Of a DNA stretch of 64,000 nt, positions 10,336 to 17,403 are shown piece by piece. This stretch comes from Patescibacteria group bacterium (GTDB lineage: Bacteria; Patescibacteriota; Patescibacteriia; Patescibacteriales; UBA12465). The notes below the pieces were generated by a model. The model was not told the DNA's origin, ran no database searches, and worked only from the letters and a program-made list of their open reading frames with translations. The translations under genes and the position numbers were made by a program. Position 1 is the first letter of the stretch, and the number at the start of each line of letters is the position of its first letter. Where the stretch lies: NCBI GenBank assembly GCA_034002925.1, contig JAVEZP010000003.1:11712-75711 (forward strand), in the 5' to 3' direction.

Positions 10336-10790
10336 CTTTTAATTTTTTTAGTGATGTCTGCGAGGCTGTTAATTCGATTAACATGAATGTTTTTAGGCAT
10401 GAATTGAGCAGCTTCGGGCGTAGCATAAATTTTGATAAAATAATTTGCTGCCTTAATTTTAGGTAGTAGCGATGAAAGTCTCTCGGCTTCCTCTTTAATT
10501 ACTTGTGTGTCATCGCCATTATTTTCTCTGTGAAAAAGCAAAATATCGGCCGGTCCTTTACACACATTTTCAAATTGCCCCCCTCGGCCGTTTAAGGGTA
10601 AATTGAAAGATGCTAAGGCAATTGCCCCTACTTCTTTTTGCAGGAATCGATGAAAACCTGCAGTGCTATCAAACTCCGTTCTTCTTACATCCCTCTCTTC
10701 TAAAAGGCAGAGAACTAACATGGGGTGACGATCATTTTTTTCTTGTTGCTTACTTTTAAAGCGTCTCCGCTCTTCATACTTACTTGGCAT
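10332..10790 (-). CDS. Hypothetical protein, paralogue B (152 aa)
   Basis: Long ORF overlapping the downstream gene start by 4 nt. Basic N-terminal tail. Paralogous to 9898..10335. Confidence 0.5.
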   Translation of the reverse strand: MPSKYEERRRFKSKQQEKNDRHPMLVLCLLEERDVRRTEFDSTAGFHRFLQKEVGAIALASFNLPLNGRGGQFENVCKGPADILLFHRENNGDDTQVIKEEAERLSSLLPKIKAANYFIKIYATPEAAQFMPKNIHVNRINSLADITKKIKR

Positions 10791-10931
10791 TTTTTGATTT
10801 TTTAGTTGTTAATGAATTAGTGAACTGTATTTTATCTTAAAATGAATTAAATATTTTGTCAATGCTAATGATTATTTTATTTAATATTAGATATTTTTAT
10901 TATTAAGAACATTAAAGATTAGTCTTTATTA

Positions 10932-10960
10932 TTGACATTTAATTAAAAATGTGATATAAT
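10932..10960 (+). promoter_or_regulatory. Consensus sigma70-type promoter with extended -10
   Basis: TTGACA (10932-10937), 17-nt spacer, TGATATAAT (-10 hexamer 10955-10960). Lies 80 nt upstream of the 11040 start. Confidence 0.55.
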
Positions 10961-11039
10961 TGAGAGTCAAATAAGATAGGCATTCTAACTTATTTGAGGG
11001 ACATTAATAATAAAATATAAACCAAAAATAATATAAAAA

Positions 11040-12257
11040 ATGACACAACAAAGAAATCAGAATCAAGCTCCTCTTCCTTTGCGAAGGGCTATCAGCGTTG
11101 ACCTAACAGTGCAAGGAGAAAAATATTATTTTTCCGTTCGAACTTCTGAGAAATCTCAGTCGGCATCAATGGGCGTGACCATCACAAAAGATAGTCAACG
11201 TCTTCGTGATATTACTAGTGACCAAAATGGATTTTATTTTTTTGAAGTCACACATCCTCAAACAGATGTGGAGCAAAAAATAAAATACGTTTTTTCTCTG
11301 CACCAAGGTGTAGAAAAAGCGGAATTTTTATTGGAAATTCCAAAGAAGACATCGACTCCTAATCCCAAAAAAGATGATCCACAAAAAGTTATCTTAATAA
11401 GGCTTAAAAAACCTAACGGAGATTTTGCCGTATTTTGTCGAGTGCTAAAACCGCTTGGCTATGGCATGAAGGTTGATGTTGATTTGCTTGCTGAAGGCAA
11501 TCGGCACACATGCTCAACCGACGACAAAGGTGTTTTTATTTGGGACTTTCCCTATCAGGTTTTACCTGGGGAAGAGAAGAAGGTTGAAGTGGTTGTTGAT
11601 GGTGTTGAAGACCACGCTAAAATTAATCTGAAGAAACTAAGGACAAGAAGTGCAAGAAGAGCAGGTTGGAGAGGATTTTTTGACTTTAGGACTAATAATG
11701 GTCGTTCAAGAATTCTACTGGTATTAGTTGCCATCTTATGGCTGGTAGCTCTATTTGTTGGCACTGGGCCTGCAGTTATAAACCAAAGTCTTTTTAGAGC
11801 GCAGAATGAATTGTCAGCACAAGAACAGAGAGCTAATAACATTAACGCTCAGTATTTTCCATCAGAAGCAGAGATTTTTAAGGCAAAAGAAGTGTCGAAT
11901 GGGAATTTCAAACGTTTTATTTGGAGGGCCGCTTTAATACTTACTTTGTTGTTACTTATTTATGGACCTCTTTCTTTAAGAGAGGAGATTGCGGAGGAGT
12001 TTTCTTTAGCGGTTGAAAAATTGAAAGACAGAGAGTATGCCCAAGCTGGTGATCCGTGGTTTGAAAAGTTGGTAGCTTGGTCAGGGTCTTATGCTGTTGC
12101 TAGGAGTAGCAGTGCAAAAGCTAGTACAACTAATAGTAACGATCAGACAGTTGCGTCTAATAAACAGAAGGGCTTGTGGCAATATTTGCCAGTTCATTTG
12201 GTGAGTGACGCTATTGTGGAATTTATTCCACTGATAATGAAAGTAATGTTTAAATAA
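11040..12257 (+). CDS. Hypothetical membrane protein with two N-terminal beta-sandwich-like repeats
   Basis: Two repeats of about 90 aa (SDQNGFYFFEV / TDDKGVFIWDF). Then an Arg/Lys-rich stretch, two TM helices and an amphipathic C-terminus. No N-terminal signal peptide. Confidence 0.6.
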   Translation: MTQQRNQNQAPLPLRRAISVDLTVQGEKYYFSVRTSEKSQSASMGVTITKDSQRLRDITSDQNGFYFFEVTHPQTDVEQKIKYVFSLHQGVEKAEFLLEIPKKTSTPNPKKDDPQKVILIRLKKPNGDFAVFCRVLKPLGYGMKVDVDLLAEGNRHTCSTDDKGVFIWDFPYQVLPGEEKKVEVVVDGVEDHAKINLKKLRTRSARRAGWRGFFDFRTNNGRSRILLVLVAILWLVALFVGTGPAVINQSLFRAQNELSAQEQRANNINAQYFPSEAEIFKAKEVSNGNFKRFIWRAALILTLLLLIYGPLSLREEIAEEFSLAVEKLKDREYAQAGDPWFEKLVAWSGSYAVARSSSAKASTTNSNDQTVASNKQKGLWQYLPVHLVSDAIVEFIPLIMKVMFK

Positions 12258-12271
12258 AAAAAACAGAAGAA

Positions 12272-12982
12272 ATGGACAAACTTAGAAATAGACCGTTTTG
12301 GCAGGTCTTAGTAGCGGCTATTGTTGTCGCTGTCGTATGTAATGTATTTTTTGGCTGGAGTTTTTGGTTGGTGATTTCGGTTATTCTGTCTTTCTGGGTG
12401 GCCGAAAAAACTACTAAGTGGCTTTATGTCGTTACTGTGGTTCTGATTGGAGTTCAGGCGTTTAACGCTTTTTTACCTCAAACAGCCAAGAAAAGCTCCT
12501 GGGTTACAACCGCCACTGACCTATTTATAGGTTCTAAGGTAGATTCGGTACAGATAAAGGCTAATATAATTTTGGAGAAAGAAAAGAATCTCCAAAAAGA
12601 TAAGCTTCTTCCTAAATACCATGACCTTATTAAAAAAGGTAGGGTAGAAGAGGCGCAAGCACTTTTAGATAGTTTGGATAATATTTTTTCTCCTAAAAAG
12701 AAGAAAGATATTGTTCAACAGATCCCTGATCCCACCCCCACCATTGCACCAGTGGTTTTAGGGGGGGGAGCTCATAAAATTTATATGAAAGCTGGCGATA
12801 TATCTAATTTCAAGATACTAAGTCCACGTTTTTGTGTGAACACCGATCAGAGAGATATGGCAACGCTTGTTTATCCTGACGGTAATGTTGTGCACCTTTG
12901 GCAGACAGCAGTTTTGCCTAGTGGCACTGAATTCTCATTGAAATCTTTAGTTGACCAATTTGTCATTATAAAGGTTTCATAA
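12272..12982 (+). CDS. Hypothetical membrane protein (3 N-terminal TM helices, helical linker, beta-rich C-terminal domain)
   Basis: Long ORF 14 nt downstream of the previous gene. Hydrophobic N-terminus. Contains a G8 tract at 12761-12768. Confidence 0.55.
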   Translation: MDKLRNRPFWQVLVAAIVVAVVCNVFFGWSFWLVISVILSFWVAEKTTKWLYVVTVVLIGVQAFNAFLPQTAKKSSWVTTATDLFIGSKVDSVQIKANIILEKEKNLQKDKLLPKYHDLIKKGRVEEAQALLDSLDNIFSPKKKKDIVQQIPDPTPTIAPVVLGGGAHKIYMKAGDISNFKILSPRFCVNTDQRDMATLVYPDGNVVHLWQTAVLPSGTEFSLKSLVDQFVIIKVS

Positions 12983-12987
12983 CTTTT

Positions 12988-13025
12988 GAGGCGATTTTGC
13001 ATTTTGCATTATCGCCTCTTTTTCT
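12988..13025 (+). terminator. Rho-independent terminator
   Basis: GAGGCGAT...ATCGCCTC 8-bp stem followed by a T-run. Confidence 0.65.
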
Positions 13026-13073
13026 TTTCTGATTTATTTGATATAATTTAGTTATAAAATTAATTATTATTTT

Positions 13074-13451
13074 ATGAAGTTATTCAGCATATTGTTAATG
13101 TTTTTATTTTTCACTTTTGGTATTTTTACAAGCACTTACGCTGCTTGCACTCCAGAAGAATTGGCTGCAGGAACATGTACCACAGGCATAGTCACTCTTG
13201 ATAATCCTTTGGGTGACATTAAATCTCCTCAAGCTTTGGTGGGTCAAGTGATTAATAGTATTTTTGGTATTGTTGGTTCTTTAGCTTTAGTGATGTTTAT
13301 CTATGGAGGTTTTCTGTGGTTGACTTCAGCTGGTAGTGCAGAACAAGTGAAGAAGGGGAAGGATATTTTTATTTGGGCAGTGATTGGGCTGGTAGTTATT
13401 TTCTCTGCTTATAGTTTAGTGCGTTTTGTTATCCAAGGTGTAGGAGCTTAG
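13074..13451 (+). CDS. TrbC/VirB2-like type IV secretion pilin family protein
   Basis: Signal peptide ending TYA|A. LDNPLG..spacer..two TM helices around YGGFLWLTSAGSAEQVKKGK. This is the architecture of the small 'T4SS pilin' proteins common in CPR genomes. Confidence 0.65.
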   Translation: MKLFSILLMFLFFTFGIFTSTYAACTPEELAAGTCTTGIVTLDNPLGDIKSPQALVGQVINSIFGIVGSLALVMFIYGGFLWLTSAGSAEQVKKGKDIFIWAVIGLVVIFSAYSLVRFVIQGVGA

Positions 13452-13452
13452 T

Positions 13453-13480
13453 TTGACAATTATTGATAATCTTATATAAT
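13453..13480 (+). promoter_or_regulatory. Candidate promoter for tRNA-Tyr
   Basis: TTGACA (13453-13458), 16-nt spacer, TATAAT (13475-13480). Confidence 0.5.
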
Positions 13481-13515
13481 AGAACCTAGCCTGACAGCAG
13501 GTTCTTTATTTTTAC
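13481..13515 (+). terminator. Rho-independent terminator of the pilin-like gene
   Basis: AGAACCT-11 nt-AGGTTCT followed by TTATTTTT. Confidence 0.55.
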
Positions 13516-13520
13516 ATTAG

Positions 13521-13603
13521 GGGTCGGTACCGAAGCGGTCAAACGGGACAGACTGTAAATCTGTTGGCTTTCGCCTTCGAAGGTTCGAATCCTTCCCGGC
13601 CCA
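13521..13603 (+). tRNA. tRNA-Tyr(GUA): tRNA-Tyr (anticodon GUA), long variable arm
   Basis: Acceptor GGGTCGG/CCGGCCC (one G-U pair), anticodon stem ACAGA/TCTGT with loop CTGTAAA, long variable arm, T arm GAAGG-TTCGAAT-CCTTC. No encoded CCA. Confidence 0.9.
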
Positions 13604-13608
13604 CAGCG

Positions 13609-13637
13609 ATCTCTCCTTTTTAGGGGAGATTTTTTTA
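13609..13637 (+). terminator. Rho-independent terminator after tRNA-Tyr
   Basis: ATCTCTCC-ttttta-GGGGAGAT followed by T7. Confidence 0.65.
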
Positions 13638-13647
13638 GAAAAATTAA

Positions 13648-14418
13648 TTGAATCTTATGAAAAATATTTTATATTTTGGTGAAAAACATCCTGATTACTC
13701 GGTGCCTGTTTTAAATGAAAGGGAAGTGAGAGCAGCCGCTGGCATCCTATTTACTTTTGCCTTAGTGGCTTTTATGAATGTTGTGCTGGTTGGTAATTTC
13801 TTTTTAATTAAAGTTTTTATCATTCTCTTTTTTATCGATTTTTTTATTCGTTTGTTAGTTAATCCTAAGTATGCGCCTAGCATGATCTTAGGTCGTTTAG
13901 CAGTTAATGATCAAAAACCAGAGTATGTTGGAGCTCCACAAAAAAAGTTTGCCTGGTCGATAGGTTTGGCTTTGGCGACTTTTATGTTAATTACCACTGT
14001 CTTTGCTTTAGCCTCTGGCCTAACTACTTGTTGGGTTTGCATTATCTGTTTGCTATTTTTATTTTTTGAATCTGTTTTTGGTATTTGTGTTGGTTGCAAG
14101 CTGTATAATCTTTTTAACAAAGAGAAGGCTCAATTATGTCCAGGAGGGGTTTGCGAGATTGTAAAAAAGGAAGATATCCAGAAAATTAATTTAGTCCAAT
14201 TGCTTATTGCTTTTCTTTTTATTCTCTTCGCTTTATATTTATTTATTTTTCGTCCTGGTGTATTGCAAAGTCAAGTAATAACTTGTGGTACTTCAAATAA
14301 CAGTTATAGTCCTTGTGCTAGTTATAATAACAATGCAGGATCTTTGCCGTGCGGGGCTAATAATAATGCAATGCCTTTTAATCCTGCCAACGCTTCCGCT
14401 CCTTGTCTTTTCAGGTAA
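13648..14418 (+). CDS. DUF4395-like membrane protein with Cys/Asn-rich C-terminal tail
   Basis: VPVLNEREVRAAAGILF..FIDFFIR..PEYVGAPQKKFAWSIGLALA..ESVFGICVGCKLY resembles DUF4395. Possible ATG start at 13657. Confidence 0.6.
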   Translation: MNLMKNILYFGEKHPDYSVPVLNEREVRAAAGILFTFALVAFMNVVLVGNFFLIKVFIILFFIDFFIRLLVNPKYAPSMILGRLAVNDQKPEYVGAPQKKFAWSIGLALATFMLITTVFALASGLTTCWVCIICLLFLFFESVFGICVGCKLYNLFNKEKAQLCPGGVCEIVKKEDIQKINLVQLLIAFLFILFALYLFIFRPGVLQSQVITCGTSNNSYSPCASYNNNAGSLPCGANNNAMPFNPANASAPCLFR

Positions 14419-14462
14419 AATAGATTTTTGTTTGTTATCATTTTCTGCTATAATATACTTAT

Positions 14463-14567
14463 ATGATGTTAATTGATCCAGACAAAATAGGCTTTAGCCT
14501 TATGAAAATATTTGCCGTTGAGTTTTTTGTCTTAGCGATTTTATTGCTTGTGATTGTTTTTATTTAA
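14463..14567 (+). CDS. Possible 34-aa hydrophobic small protein (speculative)
   Basis: MMLIDPDKIGFSLMKIFAVEFFVLAILLLVIVFI. TGCTATAAT box ends 8 nt before the ATG. Stop lies 1 nt before the mutM ATG. Below the ORF-track cutoff. Confidence 0.2.
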   Translation: MMLIDPDKIGFSLMKIFAVEFFVLAILLLVIVFI

Positions 14568-14568
14568 T

Positions 14569-15456
14569 ATGCCTGAATTACCGGAAGTAGAAACGGTGAG
14601 ACGTGATTTGTTAAAACATCTTATAGGCGCCGTTTTTCAAGACATCAAAATAATTAACTTTAAAAATGTCGCTCCTAGAGCGGCTTTTTTAGCTAAATTT
14701 CTCCAAGCTAAAAAAATAAAAGATATTAGTCGTCGTGGTAAATTATTAATTGTGCAATTAGAAGCTGTTAAAGACTTTCCTTATTTACTATTTCATTTAA
14801 AGATGACCGGACAATTAATTTATCAAGATAATAAGTCTAGTTTATTTGGAGGACACAGCTTATCAAATCAGTCTTTTGAGGCGGCGGTGGGTGGCAGTTT
14901 GCCTAATAAATTTACTCGTGCCTATTTTAGCTTTAAACAAGGAGGTGTTTTGTTTTTTAATGATTTGCGTAAATTTGGTTATATTAAATTAGTGAGCGCC
15001 TCTCAGTTGCAAGAGATTTTAGCTAATAATTATGGACCAGAGCCTTTAGAGAAAGAATTTAATTTAGAATATCTAACTCAGATTCTTAAAAATAAAACTG
15101 CACCTATTAAGGCAGTAATTCTAAATCAGAAATTAATTGCTGGACTGGGTAATATTTATGCTGATGAGGCTTTATTTCGTAGTCAAATAAAGCCTTGGCG
15201 TCAGGCTAAATCTTTGAGTTTAAGTGAAAGAAAAAAATTATTAGAGGTGATTCGAGAGGTAATTAAAGCAGCTATTAAGGCGCGAGGCACTACTTTTCGT
15301 AATTTTGTTGATGCTCGTGGAGAAAAAGGAAATTTTATGCAACAGCTGCAAGTCTATCAGCGCCAAGGGCAGCTCTGTTTAGTTTGTGGTGATGTAATTT
15401 TAAAAAAGAAGATTGCGGGGCGGGGTACTCATTATTGTCCCACTTGTCAAAAATAG
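14569..15456 (+). CDS. mutM: Formamidopyrimidine-DNA glycosylase
   Basis: Starts MPELPEVETVRR (catalytic Pro2). C-terminal zinc finger CLVCG...THYCPTCQ. The track ORF start at 14554 is an upstream TTG. Confidence 0.9.
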   Translation: MPELPEVETVRRDLLKHLIGAVFQDIKIINFKNVAPRAAFLAKFLQAKKIKDISRRGKLLIVQLEAVKDFPYLLFHLKMTGQLIYQDNKSSLFGGHSLSNQSFEAAVGGSLPNKFTRAYFSFKQGGVLFFNDLRKFGYIKLVSASQLQEILANNYGPEPLEKEFNLEYLTQILKNKTAPIKAVILNQKLIAGLGNIYADEALFRSQIKPWRQAKSLSLSERKKLLEVIREVIKAAIKARGTTFRNFVDARGEKGNFMQQLQVYQRQGQLCLVCGDVILKKKIAGRGTHYCPTCQK

Positions 15457-15594
15457 TTAATTCTGGCTTAATATTTGACTTTTATCTTATTTTTCTTTAT
15501 TGTATTAGTGTAATTAATTTGTAATTCCTATTACGACCGGCTCGTGTATTCAATGCTGTGGAAAGAATCACGTTCTCGTCGTTTTTCTTATCTT

Positions 15595-15750
15595 ATGTCC
15601 CAGGACAACATGATTAAACTTGAGTGCACTGAGTGCAAAACCGTCAATTATTTTTCTCATAAGAACAAAAAAGTTTTAAAAGAAAGATTAGAAATGAATA
15701 AGTATTGTAAGCATTGCCGTAAGCACACTCTGCACAAAGAAACCAAATAA
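15595..15750 (+). CDS. rpmG: 50S ribosomal protein L33
   Basis: [20 protein letters not shown]...[16 protein letters not shown] (CxxC...CxxC L33 pattern). Internal ATG gives the expected length of about 51 aa. Confidence 0.85.
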   Translation: MSQDNMIKLECTECKTVNYFSHKNKKVLKERLEMNKYCKHCRKHTLHKETK

Positions 15751-15756
15751 TTTAGT

Positions 15757-15790
15757 AGCCAGCGCTGTTTAAGGCGCTTGGCTTTTATTA
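15757..15790 (+). terminator. Rho-independent terminator after rpmG
   Basis: AGCCAGCGC...GCGCTTGGCT imperfect stem followed by TTTTATT. Confidence 0.45.
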
Positions 15791-15838
15791 GCTTTAGTTA
15801 TTGATGATTTTTTATCAGAAAATCATCCCCCATGCTTT

Positions 15839-17023
15839 ATGACTAAAAGTCTAACCAAACCATTCCTACTAATTTTGCTAGGAATAGTGCTAGTAGCTTG
15901 CTACTTTGTTTTTCGTCCTTTTCTGACGGAAATATTTATTGCTGCTATTTTAGCTTCTATTTTTTACGGACCATATTTAAAGCTTTCAAGATTTATGAAA
16001 GGGCGTCATAATTTGGCTGCCCTTTTAATGTGTCTTTTGTTAGTAGTTTTAATTATTATCCCTACCGTACGTTTAATTATCTATGGTGGCCAGCAATCAG
16101 TTGAGGCCTATGCTCAAGCGGTGAATTTCTTTAATCGTCATAGCGTTGACGGTGTTTTGCAAACTAGCGCTTTGCCAGATAAAGCTTTTGGTGTTTTTGA
16201 TTTATCTAGTTTTTATGATAATGAATCTTTTAAGAATATCTTTTTAGATGTTTTAAAGCGTTCTAGTAATTGGTTATTATCAGGTGCGACTAGTGTGCTT
16301 AAAGGCACTACTTCATTTATTGTTTCCTTGTTCATGATTATTATTACCATGTTCTTTTTCTTTGTCGATGGGAAAAAGATGTTAGAACGTTTAATGTATC
16401 TGTCGCCCTTGCCTAATGTCTATGATCGGGAAATCTTTCAAAAGTTTAGAAATGTTAGCTATGTCACCATTCTGTCCACTTTTGTGACAGCAGCAGCTCA
16501 AGGCTTAGTGGGAGCAGCCGGTTTTGCGATTGTTGGTTTTCCTGCTTTTTTAGCTGGTGTTTTAGTGGCTTTACTCTCTTTGTTACCATATCTAGGTTCA
16601 ATGATTTTCTATGTGCCAGTCGGTTTGTATTATCTTTTAGTTGGTCAAATTTGGCAAGGTATTTTTATCCTTTTATGGGGCGCTATTATTATCGGTAATG
16701 TTGATAATCTCATTCGCGCCTACATGATTAAAGGCAAGGCGCAAGTCAATCCTATTTTTGTTATCTTTTCTATTTTAGGTGGTATTTCTTTGTTCGGTTT
16801 CTGGGGCGTTATTTTAGGTCCACTCATTATCGCTATTGCTGTTACTATTTTTCATATCTATGAATTAGAGTTCTGCGAATCTTTAGAGGGGAATCAGGGT
16901 TGTGCCGAGACTAAAGAAGACGCACATCAAGCTGAGAAAAAAGTAAAGGCGGAAAGAAGAGAAGAAAGAGCAGCCGAGAAAAAGAGACACAAAGAAACTT
17001 TAAAAAGAATGGGCAGATCTTAA
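15839..17023 (+). CDS. AI-2E family transporter (PerM/UPF0118) with Lys/Glu-rich C-terminal tail
   Basis: About 8 TM helices. FFFFVDGKKM, LLSLLPYLG and NLIRAYMIKGKAQVNP blocks are typical of UPF0118. Confidence 0.8.
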   Translation: MTKSLTKPFLLILLGIVLVACYFVFRPFLTEIFIAAILASIFYGPYLKLSRFMKGRHNLAALLMCLLLVVLIIIPTVRLIIYGGQQSVEAYAQAVNFFNRHSVDGVLQTSALPDKAFGVFDLSSFYDNESFKNIFLDVLKRSSNWLLSGATSVLKGTTSFIVSLFMIIITMFFFFVDGKKMLERLMYLSPLPNVYDREIFQKFRNVSYVTILSTFVTAAAQGLVGAAGFAIVGFPAFLAGVLVALLSLLPYLGSMIFYVPVGLYYLLVGQIWQGIFILLWGAIIIGNVDNLIRAYMIKGKAQVNPIFVIFSILGGISLFGFWGVILGPLIIAIAVTIFHIYELEFCESLEGNQGCAETKEDAHQAEKKVKAERREERAAEKKRHKETLKRMGRS

Positions 17024-17036
17024 TTATTTTATTTAT

Positions 17037-17177
17037 ATGAGTAATCGAGAAGGAAAAATATATTATTGCCGTGATTGCGGCAATGAAGTAGAGTTTGTGC
17101 GTGATGGTGGTGGACAATTAGTTTGTTGTGGTCATCCTATGGAGATCAAGAAGAAGGAATTTATGATGGAAGGCTAG
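17037..17177 (+). CDS. Desulforedoxin-type small iron protein (46 aa; not in ORF track)
   Basis: MSNREGKIYYCRDCGNEVEFVRDGGGQLVCCGHPMEIKKKEFMMEG. Matches the desulforedoxin pattern Y-C-x2-CG-x-V-x7-GGG-x-LVCCG-x2-M with all four Cys. Confidence 0.7.
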   Translation: MSNREGKIYYCRDCGNEVEFVRDGGGQLVCCGHPMEIKKKEFMMEG

Positions 17178-17252
17178 GACACTTGCCAAGGCATTTGAAA
17201 GATAGTAGAATGCTAAGGTAATTTTTGTTTACAAAACATCTAATTGAATATT

Positions 17253-17323
17253 GCGGGATTAGTTAAGTGGCATAATGGGCGGCTCCAAACCGCCAGTCGG
17301 GGGTTCGATTCCCTCATCCCGTG
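17253..17323 (+). tRNA. tRNA-Trp(CCA): tRNA-Trp (anticodon CCA)
   Basis: Acceptor GCGGGAT/ATCCCGT (G1-U72), anticodon stem GGCGG/CCGCC with loop CTCCAAA, T arm GGGGG-TTCGATT-CCCTC. No encoded CCA. Confidence 0.85.
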
Positions 17324-17403
17324 CCCTTGATAAAAATATAGCAATATGCTATATTTTTTTGTTGATCTTTAACAATATTGTTTCACCATAAAAATTAGTG
17401 ATA

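Noticed and set aside
10272-10466. 64-aa + strand ORF across the paralogue A/B junction
   Set aside because: Antisense shadow of the two coupled minus-strand genes.
12996-13010. Tandem TTTGCATTTTGCATT
   Set aside because: It lies entirely in the loop of the 12988-13025 terminator hairpin. Two copies only, so no evidence of function.
11555-14476. Track ORFs 11555..11842(-), 13695..13883(-), 13911..14120(-) and 14285..14476(+)
   Set aside because: All lie inside or antisense to longer ORFs with coherent membrane-protein features. None has its own signals.
16911-17117. 68-aa - strand ORF
   Set aside because: Antisense to the AI-2E tail and to the desulforedoxin ORF, whose four-Cys motif is far more convincing.
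17253-17323. Possibility of an alternative genetic code (UGA recoding, as in some candidate phyla)
   Set aside because: tRNA-Trp has anticodon CCA, not UCA. TGA also ends well-aligned genes at the expected places (for example 36185-36187 and 42330-42332). Code 11 fits.
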